A stretch of 64,000 bases of DNA from Treponemataceae bacterium (GCA_963677895.2 CAXXGJ010000006.1:96001-160000); one strand, 5' to 3'; counted from the stretch's first letter, positions 10,072 through 19,972 are shown. Program-made: numbers and translations. The notes: a model not told the origin generated them from the letters alone.

Positions 10072-10716
10072 TTAATCAGGCAGGCCCAACCGGGCTTTCA
10101 TGGCCTTGACGGCCTCTTCCGGAATGGTCTGGATCTTGCCGGCGCCGAGGGCGAGGGAATAGATCTTGGCCGCGTCCTCGACGTAGATGGCGCGCAGATG
10201 GGCTTGTTCGATGGTGGAACCGACGGCGACGGCCCCGTGGTTGCGCATGAGGCAGGCATTGCGCTTCGCAAGGCTTTCGACAACGCGTTCGCCCAGGGCC
10301 ACGGTGCCAGGCATGGCGAAGTCGGAGACGGGGATGTCGCCGCCTATGTAGGCCAGCATTTCTATGAGGATGAGGGGGATGGGCATGCAGGTGACCGCGA
10401 AGCTCGTCGCGTAGGGCGAATGGGTGTGGACGACGCCGAAGATGTCGGGGCGTCCGTTCATGATGGCGGTGTGCATGCGCCACTCGGATGAGGGCCGGTG
10501 CCTGCCCTCGACGATGGATCCGTCGCTCATCCTTATCACCATGATGTCGTCCAGGGTCATCTTTTCGTAGCGGAAGGAGCTCGGCGTGATGGCCAGGAGT
10601 TCCTTGGCCTCGTCGCAGGCGCTCAGGTTGCCGCTCGTGCCCGCGAAAAGGCCTTCGTCGTAGGCCATGAGCGTGTTTTCGAGCACTTTTTCCTTCAATT
10701 CCCTTATCGTCAGCAT
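10072..10716 (-). CDS. Class II aldolase (FucA/Ald2/DrdA-like)
   Basis: Start reassigned to MLTIRELK (RBS GAGGA); GTSGNLS, PSSEWRMH, HTHS, NHG metal ligands. Confidence 0.9.
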   Translation of the reverse strand: MLTIRELKEKVLENTLMAYDEGLFAGTSGNLSACDEAKELLAITPSSFRYEKMTLDDIMVIRMSDGSIVEGRHRPSSEWRMHTAIMNGRPDIFGVVHTHSPYATSFAVTCMPIPLILIEMLAYIGGDIPVSDFAMPGTVALGERVVESLAKRNACLMRNHGAVAVGSTIEQAHLRAIYVEDAAKIYSLALGAGKIQTIPEEAVKAMKARLGLPD

Positions 10717-11957
10717 AGGTTCCTCTTTTCGCGTAGCGATGCGTCGACGAGCGCGCGCAGAAAGTCGCGGCCTTCCCGGTAGTTCCGGCGGTCTTTTATG
10801 TAGGCCTTGGCGGCGAGAACGACGATCCTTTCGGCTCTCGCCCTGGCCTCGGCTGGTTCTATGGAGGTGAGGTCCTTCACTTGGGCCACGCCCACGGCTC
10901 GGCGGATCATCTCGAGTCCGGCCACGCCCGCCGTATCGGCTATGATAGTCGAAAGAAACCATTCGGCGTAACCGGGGGTCCTCCCCATGGGGTCGGTGGC
11001 GCTCGTTTTGTAGAGCGCGAGGAATTTCGCCTTGAAGAGGTCGACGGTGGCGACGATGGTCTCCTCCAGCCAGCCGATGTAGCTATCCTTGGTGGCGGCG
11101 CCTGTGGCACCCTCCCCCATCGTGACCCGGGCGTTGGCCCAGGCGAAGCAGAAATTGCCGATGACGTTGCCGACGTCGTAGCCTATGGGGCCGAAGTAGG
11201 CGAATTCGGGGTCTATCACCTTGGTGGAGTCTTCCCTGACGAAAATGGAGCCCGAATGGAGGTCGCCGTGGATGAGGGCCTGGGCGTCGTTCATGAAGGC
11301 ATACTTGAGCTTGGCCACCTCGAGATGGAGTTCGGTGTCGGAAAAGAGCTCCTCTTGCGCGAAGGCCGCGTTGGGCGGGAAGACCTTGGTCCGCCCCGGC
11401 TTGTTGGTGTAAGGCTCGGTGTAGACGAGCTGCTCGGTGATGGCGCAGAGCGGCGGGTTGGTGTAGCGCTTCACGAGCTCCTTCTTCTTGCTTGGGTCCA
11501 TCACCATGTCGAGGGTGGGCACGAGGGTCTTGGCCATGAAGTCGCTGATATCTTCGGCGAGCCTGGGAAAGATTTTGTGCCTTATGAGCTCGTAGCGGAG
11601 GATGACGTGGTCGGAGAGATCCTCCATGGAGAGGCAGGCCATCACGGGGTCGTAGTCGTAGACTTGGGGCACGAGGCCGGGGGCCAGCTCGCCCTCCATC
11701 TTGAGGATTTCCGCCTCGATGCGGTTGCGGTCGAAGCCGAGGGTCCGGGAGCCCGAACGCGTGTCGGCGTCGGCATGCTTGACGATGACGGAATCGCCGC
11801 TGTCCGGATCCCTCACCCTGAAGATGAAGTTGATGTTGCCGTCGCCGATCTCCTTGGCCTCGAGCCGCTTCGATGCCGCGAAGCGGGGGAGTCGGTATCG
11901 GGCGTATTCGGCCGCGTCGGCCTCGCCCATGCGGAAATGGCTGTCGAATTTCGGCAT
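10710..11957 (-). CDS. mtnK: S-methyl-5-thioribose / 5-deoxyribose kinase
   Basis: Start reassigned to MPKFDSH; EIGDGNINF, LIHGDLHSGS, IDPEFAYFGPIGYD, RRAVG. Confidence 0.93.
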   Translation of the reverse strand: MPKFDSHFRMGEADAAEYARYRLPRFAASKRLEAKEIGDGNINFIFRVRDPDSGDSVIVKHADADTRSGSRTLGFDRNRIEAEILKMEGELAPGLVPQVYDYDPVMACLSMEDLSDHVILRYELIRHKIFPRLAEDISDFMAKTLVPTLDMVMDPSKKKELVKRYTNPPLCAITEQLVYTEPYTNKPGRTKVFPPNAAFAQEELFSDTELHLEVAKLKYAFMNDAQALIHGDLHSGSIFVREDSTKVIDPEFAYFGPIGYDVGNVIGNFCFAWANARVTMGEGATGAATKDSYIGWLEETIVATVDLFKAKFLALYKTSATDPMGRTPGYAEWFLSTIIADTAGVAGLEMIRRAVGVAQVKDLTSIEPAEARARAERIVVLAAKAYIKDRRNYREGRDFLRALVDASLREKRNLC

Positions 11958-11977
11958 AGCTGCGTCCTTCCCCTTCC

Positions 11978-12976
11978 TCAATTGTCGCTGGTGCTGGAGT
12001 AGTAGGTGGAAGCGAGGGCCAGGGCGAGCACGACGCCCTTGACCGCGTTCAGCGAATAGTAGGGCACCGACATCATGATGAGGCCGTTTTCCAGTATGCC
12101 CACGAGGGAGGCTCCCACGAAGGTGCCGAAGGCGTTGGGCTTGCCCGCGCCCGCCACGGAGCGTCCGATGAAGACGGCGGAGATGGCCGGCATGGCGTAG
12201 CCGGCGGCGCCCTGGATCTGGGCCGACATGTTGCGCGAGGCGACGAGGACGCCGCCCAGGCCTATGAAGGCCGCGGCGAGAAGGCCGGCGTAGACGCGGT
12301 AGCGGTAGATGGGTATGCCCGAGAGGCGCGCGGCTTCCTTGTTGCCGCCGACGGCGTAGATGTAGCGTCCGTACTTGGTGTAGGTGAGGAATATGTGCAC
12401 CACGACGACGATGACGATCATGATGATGATGATGGTGGGCGCCTGGCCCATGTTCTTGAAGGTCTGGGAGATCTTGCCCAGGGTGTCGGCGCCGTTGGGC
12501 CTCGGCATGCCTTCGGAGAGGGCGCCGCCGCCCGAGTAGGTGAGGCTGAGCCCGTCCAGCATGAACATCATGGCGAGGGTGGCCAGGAGGTCGGGGATCT
12601 TGAATTTGACGATGAGGAGCATGGTGATCATCATCAGGCCCATGGTGAGGACAAGGGCGAGGGGAATGGCCAGCCACATGCTCATCTGGTACCAGACGAT
12701 GAAGCTGATGACGAGGGATCCCGCCATGGAGGCCATCGAGCCGGAGGAGAGGTCGAAGCCTCCCACGGCGAGGGTGATGGTGAGGCCGATGCCGATGATG
12801 GTGGTTATCGAGATGGACCTCAGGATGGTGATCATGTTGCTGCTGGTGAGAAACATCTTGGGCATGCGCAGGGCGAAGAACGCGAATACCGCGACGAGGG
12901 CGATGAGGGATGCCCATTTTCCCAAAAAGTCCGAGGCCTTGCCCTTAGGCATGGCCGTGGCTTCCGCTTTCGACAT
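11978..12976 (-). CDS. Sugar ABC transporter permease
   Basis: Start reassigned to MSKAEA; GGFDLS, GRYIYAVGGNKEAARLSG. Confidence 0.92.
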   Translation of the reverse strand: MSKAEATAMPKGKASDFLGKWASLIALVAVFAFFALRMPKMFLTSSNMITILRSISITTIIGIGLTITLAVGGFDLSSGSMASMAGSLVISFIVWYQMSMWLAIPLALVLTMGLMMITMLLIVKFKIPDLLATLAMMFMLDGLSLTYSGGGALSEGMPRPNGADTLGKISQTFKNMGQAPTIIIIMIVIVVVVHIFLTYTKYGRYIYAVGGNKEAARLSGIPIYRYRVYAGLLAAAFIGLGGVLVASRNMSAQIQGAAGYAMPAISAVFIGRSVAGAGKPNAFGTFVGASLVGILENGLIMMSVPYYSLNAVKGVVLALALASTYYSSTSDN

Positions 12977-14499
12977 TATTTGTTGCCCCCCGTGGCGTAG
13001 AATAGGATTTCTTCTTCGGTCGCCGTCCCTGTAGGGAGTTCGGCGACGACGCTGCCGTTGTACATGATATAGATCCTGTCGGTGATGGCCAGGATCTCGT
13101 TGATTTCTGACGAAGCGTAGAGCACGGCCTTGCCCTTGCCGGCGAGGCCCTGGATCAGCTGGAATATGTCGCGCTTGGCGCCCACGTCGACGCCCTTGGT
13201 GGGCTCGTCCAGCATGTAGACGTCGGAATCGGAGGTGAGCCACTTGCCGACGGCCACTTTCTGCTGGTTGCCGCCGGAGAGGAACTTCAGGCGCTGGTAC
13301 ACCGAGGGGGTTTTTATGCCCAGTTCGGAGACGAGGCGCTTGGCGTTCTGGATTTCGAGGTGCTTTCTCACGAAGGAAAACCTATCGCAGAATTTTCCGA
13401 GGCAGGCGGCGGAGAGGTTGAAGTAGACGGGTTCGGTGACGAGGACGCCTTCCTTGCGCCTTTCCTCGGGCACGAGGGCGATTTTCTGCCGCACCGCCGT
13501 GGTAGGGCTGCGTATCGCGAGCGCCTTGCCCTTGAGGCTGACCTTTCCGCTTTTCATCCTGTTCGCGCCGAAGAGGAGCTTGCAGAGTTCCGTCTTGCCC
13601 GCGCCGACGAGGCCGCAGACGCCGACGATCTCCCCGCTTCTGACGTTGAAGGACACGTTCTTCACCTTCCCCGCTTCGTCAAAGAGGTTCGCCGCCTCGA
13701 ACATGACGTCGCCGATAGCGGTGGGGATCTTGGGGAAGTTTTCCTCGAAGCTGCGCCCGAGCATGAGGTTGACGATCTCGCGGGTGCTGAGGTCCTTGTC
13801 CACTATCCGATTGGCCACCACGGTTCCGTCCTTCATGACGGTGAGGCTGTGGCAGATCTGGAAGAGTTCGGGGAGGCGGTGGGAGATGAAGATGACGCCC
13901 ACGCCTTCCTTTTCCGCCAGGTCGCGGACTATCCTGAAGAGTTCCTCGACTTCGCCCATGCTCAAGGGGGCTGTGGGTTCGTCGAGAATGAGGAAGCGGC
14001 AGCGCTCCCTCACCGCGCGGGCGATGAGGACCATCTGCTTTTCGGCGAGGGTGAGGCTGGATACCTTGCGGGACACGTCGATGTCCATGTGGAGGCGTCC
14101 GAGGATTTCCCTGGCGGATTTCCTCATCCTGCCCCAGCGGATGATGGACTTGCCCTTCATGCCGGTGACGAGGCTGTTGAACATGATGTTTTCGGCCACC
14201 GAGAGGTAGGGAAAGAGGGCCGTGTCCACTTCCTGGTAGACGAGTTCGATGCCGAGCATCTTGGCGGTGCGCGGTTCGCGGATCTCGCGGGTTTCGCCGT
14301 CGATGAGGATGCTGCCGGTGTAGCCGGCGTTGGCGCCCGCGAGCACTTTCATGAGAGTGGACTTGCCGGCCCCGTTGGCGCCGACGACGGCGCGGATTTC
14401 CCCGCTTTTCATGGAGAAGTCCACGCCGCTCAGGGCTTTGACGCCGGGGAATTCGATGCTGATGCCTTTCATCTCGATGCTGCTGACTGTTTGGCTCAT
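12976..14499 (-). CDS. Sugar ABC transporter ATP-binding protein
   Basis: GANGAGKST, LSGGNQQK, DEPTKGVDVGAK. Confidence 0.95.
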   Translation of the reverse strand: MSQTVSSIEMKGISIEFPGVKALSGVDFSMKSGEIRAVVGANGAGKSTLMKVLAGANAGYTGSILIDGETREIREPRTAKMLGIELVYQEVDTALFPYLSVAENIMFNSLVTGMKGKSIIRWGRMRKSAREILGRLHMDIDVSRKVSSLTLAEKQMVLIARAVRERCRFLILDEPTAPLSMGEVEELFRIVRDLAEKEGVGVIFISHRLPELFQICHSLTVMKDGTVVANRIVDKDLSTREIVNLMLGRSFEENFPKIPTAIGDVMFEAANLFDEAGKVKNVSFNVRSGEIVGVCGLVGAGKTELCKLLFGANRMKSGKVSLKGKALAIRSPTTAVRQKIALVPEERRKEGVLVTEPVYFNLSAACLGKFCDRFSFVRKHLEIQNAKRLVSELGIKTPSVYQRLKFLSGGNQQKVAVGKWLTSDSDVYMLDEPTKGVDVGAKRDIFQLIQGLAGKGKAVLYASSEINEILAITDRIYIMYNGSVVAELPTGTATEEEILFYATGGNK

Positions 14500-14596
14500 T
14501 CGTTACCCTTGCTCCGATGGATGGGCTTTGGGGGGCGGCCGCCGCGCGCGGCGGCCGCCCCCGGAGCCCCTTTGCTTCTGTACGTTGGCGCCGGGC

Positions 14597-15679
14597 TTAT
14601 TTGACCCCGGCCGCCTTTCTGATTTCGGCCATCCAGTCGGTGATGTTGTCGACATTGAGGCCGTAGCCGGGGATTATGGTGCCGAGGTTGGTGACGTTGG
14701 CGGCCGGCGTCAGCTGGGTAGCGAGTATGACCGAGGGCTGGAGGATGTATTCGGGGGGCGTGGTCTCGCCGTTGAGTTTCTGCGAGAGGAGGCGGACCGC
14801 CGAGATGCCGATGTTGGGGAAGTGCGTGGCCACGCAGGCTTTCCAGATCTTGTCCTGGGAGCGCATGAAGTTGATGTCCTGGTTGGAGATGTCGATGGTG
14901 ACGAGGGGGATGTCGCTCCTCCCCGCTTCGATGAGGGCCTTGTAGGCGCCGCGTGCGTAGGCGTCATAGGCGCTCCAGATCACGTCGACCGTTCCCTTGG
15001 GATACTTGGGAAGGATGGAGGACACGACGGTGGCGATGGAGCCTTCGGAGTCGGCGGGGTTGGAGGGGCCCAGCACTTCGAGGGTCTTGATCTTGCCGGC
15101 TTCCTCGAATTTCTTGTAGGTTTCCTGTCTCCTGTCGAAGGGGGGGATGCCGGGGCCGCGCCAGAGCTTGAGCACTCTGATGGGTCTGGGTCTGTCCTTG
15201 AGCAGGTCGTCGACGATGTAGTCGAGGGTGAGGCGGGCCATTTCCTGATCGCTCTGGAACATGGTGGTGACGCCGGGGATGCCCTTGCCTGACGCGTCGG
15301 CGATCACGGTGTCGAAGGTGACGACCTTGATGCCTTTGGCGACGACGTTCTTTACGAGGTCGTAGGAATACTGGGGCTTGCCGTGGGAGATGATCATGCC
15401 CTGATAGCCCTGCTGCGCGCACTGGTTGACGATGTCCTGGAAGCGGATGTCGTCTCCGTCCGCGGTGAATACGTCTACCTTGATGCCGTAGAGCGCTCCT
15501 TCCTTGATGGCGGCGTCGAATGCCATCTTGAAGATTTCAGTCGATGTCCCGTTGAGTACATAGGCGACTCTGTACCCCTTCGACTTGAACTGCTGACCGA
15601 TCTGCTTCGCGTCGGCGCTGGTGAACAGCAGCACCGAAACGAGCGCCATGATCGCGAGCATTGTGGTCGTTTTCTTCAC
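14597..15679 (-). CDS. Sugar ABC transporter substrate-binding protein
   Basis: GTG start after GGAGG, signal peptide, periplasmic-binding-protein pattern, position ahead of ATPase and permease. Confidence 0.88.
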   Translation of the reverse strand: MKKTTTMLAIMALVSVLLFTSADAKQIGQQFKSKGYRVAYVLNGTSTEIFKMAFDAAIKEGALYGIKVDVFTADGDDIRFQDIVNQCAQQGYQGMIISHGKPQYSYDLVKNVVAKGIKVVTFDTVIADASGKGIPGVTTMFQSDQEMARLTLDYIVDDLLKDRPRPIRVLKLWRGPGIPPFDRRQETYKKFEEAGKIKTLEVLGPSNPADSEGSIATVVSSILPKYPKGTVDVIWSAYDAYARGAYKALIEAGRSDIPLVTIDISNQDINFMRSQDKIWKACVATHFPNIGISAVRLLSQKLNGETTPPEYILQPSVILATQLTPAANVTNLGTIIPGYGLNVDNITDWMAEIRKAAGVK

Positions 15680-15719
15680 AATCTGCCTCCTGTTATTGCA
15701 TGGACACGTTCGCGTGTCC

Positions 15720-16658
15720 CTAAGCCCTGAAAATCTCGAGAGCGGCCTCGGCCGTCTTCTCGTCGGTGACGATGCCCGATATCAGCTTGCCCCTGATGGC
15801 GCCCACGATGGGCAGGACCTTGTCCTCTCCGTAAGCCACCGCGGTGACGGGGCAGCGGAGCGGGACGTCGGCCGTGACGGAGCGTTCTTCCACGGCGGAG
15901 GGGATCCTGGCGCCGTCCAAGGTGAAGAAGTGGGTGAAGACGTCGCCCACGGCGCCCTGGGCGGCCAGGTTTTCGGCGTCCTGTGCCGTTATGAAACCTC
16001 TGGAGATGAGGACGGAGTTCTTCACCGAGCCCAGGCCTATCATCGCGCAGTCCACGGCGTTGGCCATGGCGAGGATAGAGGCGAGGACGTGGTCGTTTCT
16101 CATGATGTGGGCCGTTTCCTTCGTCGAAGCGATGGCCGGCGCCCAGATATGGAAATAGTCGACGCCGAGGCTTCTGGAGAGGAGAATGCCGCTCGAGCTG
16201 GGGTTTGTGGCGTTTACCGCGTAATTGGGCATGGTGGAGCCGGTGAGGGAGACGATCCTTTTGACGGTCATCTTTTTAGGGGCTTCCACGAGGGAGAGGC
16301 TGGCGGAGAGGGCGCGGCTCGACCCGAGGCCGATGCTTTCGTATTGCCTGCACATGTCGGCGAATCGCAGGGAGGCGGCGTAGGCGACGTTGCCCGCCGC
16401 GCTGCCGTCGTTGGGCACGATGGTGATGTCCGTGAGGCCGGTGGCTTGGGAAAAGTCCTTCTCGAGCTCGAAGAGGGACACGTAGCACCTGGCTATCTTT
16501 ATTTCGACGATTTTCTTTTCGCGGATAACCTTGAGGAGGCGGACAACCTTGATTCTCGGTATGCCCAGGAGGTCAGCGATCTGCTGCTGGCTCTTGTCTT
16601 CGTAGTAATAGAGCCAGGCTATCCTCGTGAGCAACGAATTGTTCAAATGTTCATCCAT
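15720..16658 (-). CDS. SorC/DeoR-family sugar-binding transcriptional regulator
   Basis: IAWLYYYEDKSQQQIA...RIKVVRLL HTH; GAVGD, KVLPIVGAIRG, VTDE; start placed at MDEHL. Confidence 0.9.
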   Translation of the reverse strand: MDEHLNNSLLTRIAWLYYYEDKSQQQIADLLGIPRIKVVRLLKVIREKKIVEIKIARCYVSLFELEKDFSQATGLTDITIVPNDGSAAGNVAYAASLRFADMCRQYESIGLGSSRALSASLSLVEAPKKMTVKRIVSLTGSTMPNYAVNATNPSSSGILLSRSLGVDYFHIWAPAIASTKETAHIMRNDHVLASILAMANAVDCAMIGLGSVKNSVLISRGFITAQDAENLAAQGAVGDVFTHFFTLDGARIPSAVEERSVTADVPLRCPVTAVAYGEDKVLPIVGAIRGKLISGIVTDEKTAEAALEIFRA

Positions 16659-16665
16659 GTGAACA

Positions 16666-16694
16666 AGTATGTGGTCGGTTTTTCCGGCTGTCAA
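16666..16694 (-). promoter_or_regulatory. Sigma70 promoter of the regulator-ABC-mtnK operon
   Basis: TTGACA-N17-CATACT, then 7 nt to the ATG; TGTTCA/TGAACA boxes at 16640-16665. Confidence 0.65.
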
Positions 16695-16735
16695 GAAATA
16701 TTTTTAAATAATTCCTGCCTCCGGAACTTTATAGC

Positions 16736-18577
16736 TCACGAGTTCGAAAGGACGCCGGAGAGGCCGAGTTCCTTCATTTTTTCCTTTGTCGGGACTCCGT
16801 CTTTCGTCCAGCCCCGCAGCGCGTAGTATCGGTCCAGGGAGGCTTCGAAGTCGGCGGGGAGGTTCTGGCCGGCCCCGCCGCCCTTGGGTTCGGAGAGGAT
16901 GCGCTTGGGCAGGCGGTCGTCCTTACGGCTGACGCCCCGCGTCACGTTGTAAAGGCGCTTGAGGTTGAAGATGCGCTCGCCGGCTTTGAGGAACTCGTCC
17001 AGGCTCATGCCCCAGCCGGTGGCCGCGTTGATCCACTGGAAGGCCTGGGTGGCGCTGTTGCCTCCGCCGATGGAGAATTTGCATAGCTTGAGGCTGTCCA
17101 CGAGGCTCATGAAGTTCTGGGTGGCGATGACGAGTTCGGGTTTCCGTTCATTGCCGAAGCGGTCCTGGGGGGTGTCGAAGCCTTCCTCCGGGAATGCGAG
17201 TTTGCGTTCGTAGTTGTAGCTCATGCCCTGGAGGTGGCAGGCGCCGCGGTTGGAGGTGGCGTAGGAGAGGGCCATGCTGTTGAAGGCCCTGGGGTCGTGG
17301 CCGGGGAATTCCAGGCCTTTGACGTGGACGGCGTAGTCGGGGCTGCCGAGCCTGAGGCTGGTCTTGGCCACGCCTTCGCCGAGGAGGGCTCCGATGCCCG
17401 TTTTCGTGCCGATGAGGTCGATGAGTTCGACGAGGGCCTTGCCGCTGCCCCAGGTCGGGACAACGCCCGAGAGGTCCTGTCCCCGGATCTGGCCTTTTTC
17501 GTAGGCTTCCATGAGGAAAGCTATGGCGCTGCCGGCCGAGATGGTGTCGATGCCGTAGCGGTTGGCTTTCTCGTTGGCGGTTAGGATGGCTTCTATGTCG
17601 TCGATCATGCAGTTGGCGCCGAGGAGGGAGAGGGTTTCGTATTCGGGGCCTCCGCCGAGGCTGCCGTCGGAGAGTTCGACGACGCGGCCGCAGCCGATGG
17701 GGCACATAGTGCAGAAGAAGCGTTTTTTGAGGCGGCCCGATTCGGTCATCCTCTGGCCTGAGATGGCGGCGATGTCGAGGTCGGCGGCGCCCAGGGCCCA
17801 GTTCTTTACGGGCACGTCGCCCATGTCATAGAAGCCGCCGAGGGAGCCTGCCGTGCCGAATTTGCCCATGGCTTCCGTGGCGGCTGCCATTTTCCTGGCC
17901 ACCTCGCGGGAGGCCAAGCCGAGAGCGGCGGCGTCGTGGATCCTGCGCGGCGCCTTGCCAGAGGGGGCGGCGACCACGGTCTTGAGTTTCTTGGAGCCCA
18001 TGACGGCCCCGAGGCCGCAGCGGCCTGCCATGCGGGCGTCCCTTCCGTCATGGGCGACGCAGGCGATGCTCACCATGCGTTCGCCCGCTACGCCGATGCA
18101 GGCGGTTTCGGAGCCGGGGTATTTCGCGCCGTAGTGGTCGTAGGCGGCGAAAGTATCGAGGCCCCAGACGGCGGCCGCGTCTTCGACGCGGCCGCCCGCC
18201 TCGGTGACCACGAGGGACACGGGCTTGTCGGAGGCGCCGGATATGACGAGAAAATCGAAGCCCGTGTTCCGGAAGACCGAGCCCCAGGCGCCGCCCACGT
18301 CAGACTCGGCGAAGAGGCCGGTCAAAGGCGAGAGGGCCGCCACCTCGTGCCGCCCCGAGGTGGGAGCTGAGGTGCCGCAGAGAGGCCCCAAGGCAAAGAC
18401 GAGGGGATTGGCCGGGTCGAGGGGACCTATGCCGGCCGGCGCCTGGCGGGAAAAGAGCCATGCCGCGACGCCCGAGCCGCCGATGAAGGAGCGAAGCAGC
18501 GGTTCCTCGAGGACTTCCACCGTCGAAGCTCCCGTCGAAAGATCCACGAAAAGCGCTTTTCCGTACGCTATGTCCAT
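16736..18577 (-). CDS. aor: Aldehyde:ferredoxin oxidoreductase (tungsten AOR family)
   Basis: Start reassigned to MDIAYG; SPLTG, GRCGLGAVMGSKKLK, CTMCPIGC, GPEYET, GIDTIS, RGACH, DSLKLC. Confidence 0.93.
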   Translation of the reverse strand: MDIAYGKALFVDLSTGASTVEVLEEPLLRSFIGGSGVAAWLFSRQAPAGIGPLDPANPLVFALGPLCGTSAPTSGRHEVAALSPLTGLFAESDVGGAWGSVFRNTGFDFLVISGASDKPVSLVVTEAGGRVEDAAAVWGLDTFAAYDHYGAKYPGSETACIGVAGERMVSIACVAHDGRDARMAGRCGLGAVMGSKKLKTVVAAPSGKAPRRIHDAAALGLASREVARKMAAATEAMGKFGTAGSLGGFYDMGDVPVKNWALGAADLDIAAISGQRMTESGRLKKRFFCTMCPIGCGRVVELSDGSLGGGPEYETLSLLGANCMIDDIEAILTANEKANRYGIDTISAGSAIAFLMEAYEKGQIRGQDLSGVVPTWGSGKALVELIDLIGTKTGIGALLGEGVAKTSLRLGSPDYAVHVKGLEFPGHDPRAFNSMALSYATSNRGACHLQGMSYNYERKLAFPEEGFDTPQDRFGNERKPELVIATQNFMSLVDSLKLCKFSIGGGNSATQAFQWINAATGWGMSLDEFLKAGERIFNLKRLYNVTRGVSRKDDRLPKRILSEPKGGGAGQNLPADFEASLDRYYALRGWTKDGVPTKEKMKELGLSGVLSNS

Positions 18578-18587
18578 TTTCGGCTCC

Positions 18588-19562
18588 TCATTCCCCGAGG
18601 GGTTCGATCTCGGCGCTCTTACGCGCCGCCCGGGGGTTTTTCTGCGAAAGCATATACAGAGTGACCGTCGCCATGACGACGAAAGCCCCGAATCCCTGCG
18701 TGAAGGAGCTGATCCCCTCCCCCAGCAGTATCCAGGAAAAGGCAATGGTGCTGGTGAGCCGCCAGGCCTGTATGGTCGAGTAGGTGGCGGCGCCCAGATG
18801 TTTTACCGCGTTGTTCTGAAGGATCGTGCCCAGGAGAAGGACGAGGATGGCGAAGGCCAGGGCGGCCGCTATGCCCGAGAGAGGCAGGGAAAGCCAGGGT
18901 CTCCAGTCTTCGCCGAGGCTGACGCTGCCCGCCGTCATGAATAGGGCCAGGGAGCCGAACTGCGCGAAGGCGAGGGTTTCCGACGAAGCGCCTTTTTTCG
19001 CCGCGTGTTTGATGGAGAGCATGAGGAAGGCGAGGAGGATGCCGCCCAACACCGAAAGGCCGATGCCGATCCAGTTGGCGACGGGGTCCAGCTTCGCCGA
19101 GGAGCCTGAGTTCGAGGCGCCGAAGATCATGAGCAGGGATCCCGCGAGGGAAAAGCAGAGCGCGAGGAGGGTATACTTCGGCAGGGTTTCCTTGAGGAAG
19201 GTCTTGCTGAGAAAGGCCACGATGAAGGGCGCGAGGAGGGAGAAAAGCTGGACGTTGGTGGCGTAGGTCAGGCGGGCGGCGTAGAGGTTGAGCAAGCCGC
19301 GCGACACGACGATGAAGATGAAGCCGAGGAGTTCCTTGAGGCCGATGGTCTTCATGTCGATATTGCGGAACATCATCGCGAGAAGAATGGTCATGGCCAG
19401 GATGTTGGTCACGGCCGAGAGGCTCATGGTGCCTATGTGGTGGCTGTTCTGAAGGTAGCGGGCGAGGACGGGATAGCCGCCCCAGGCCGTGTGGGAGATA
19501 ATGGCGAAGATGACCCAAGCGGTCTTGGGGGTCGCGGAAGCTTGGGCGTGATTTCTGTTCAA
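18588..19562 (-). CDS. EamA/DMT-family transporter
   Basis: About ten hydrophobic segments in two repeats, FLKE and ILLGE motifs; start uncertain (TTG at 19562 chosen). Confidence 0.82.
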   Translation of the reverse strand: MNRNHAQASATPKTAWVIFAIISHTAWGGYPVLARYLQNSHHIGTMSLSAVTNILAMTILLAMMFRNIDMKTIGLKELLGFIFIVVSRGLLNLYAARLTYATNVQLFSLLAPFIVAFLSKTFLKETLPKYTLLALCFSLAGSLLMIFGASNSGSSAKLDPVANWIGIGLSVLGGILLAFLMLSIKHAAKKGASSETLAFAQFGSLALFMTAGSVSLGEDWRPWLSLPLSGIAAALAFAILVLLLGTILQNNAVKHLGAATYSTIQAWRLTSTIAFSWILLGEGISSFTQGFGAFVVMATVTLYMLSQKNPRAARKSAEIEPLGE

Positions 19563-19678
19563 TTGTGCATACCTATGTACATATATCTCACCTATTAGTC
19601 CAGCTGTCAAGTTTATCTTTTTTTGAGAAGAAAGATAGAACAAGCAATAATCAGATACTAGTTTAGCTTTTTTGATTT

Positions 19679-19972
19679 TTAGCTGAATGCATTTATTTTA
19701 TCGAGTTCGGTTCCAATCTTTTTTTTGGTTTCTCGTATTTCCAGCTCATTCTGAAGATTGAGCCAAAACTTATACGAGTTCCCGAAAAACTTTGATAGAC
19801 GCAATGCCATCTCAACAGTAATTTTTCTCTTGTTATGCAGCAGGTCCAGTACTGTGCTTGTCGATACTTTTAGTTCTTTAGATAGCCTATATGGAGTAAT
19901 ACCGAGGGGCTCAAGGAATTCTTCTCGTATGATTTCTCCTATTGTAGGTGTTTCGATATATTCCTTCGTCAT
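19679..19972 (-). CDS. higA: HigA-family antitoxin (HTH)
   Basis: GEIIREEFLEPLGIT...ITVEMALRLSKFFG...FWLNLQ; RBS AAGGAG upstream. Confidence 0.92.
   Translation of the reverse strand: MTKEYIETPTIGEIIREEFLEPLGITPYRLSKELKVSTSTVLDLLHNKRKITVEMALRLSKFFGNSYKFWLNLQNELEIRETKKKIGTELDKINAFS

Noticed and set aside
10710..12917. 735-aa ORF suggesting an N-terminally extended MtnK
   Set aside because: The extension is an alternate frame of the permease; MtnK has its own RBS and ATG at 11957. The same applies to the extended ORF calls for the aldolase, AOR, sigma factor, OppF and M55.
14530..14563. GC-rich hairpins after binding-protein genes (also 4504-4534) as REP or mobile repeats
   Set aside because: Unrelated in sequence to each other; typical intercistronic stabilising hairpins in ABC operons
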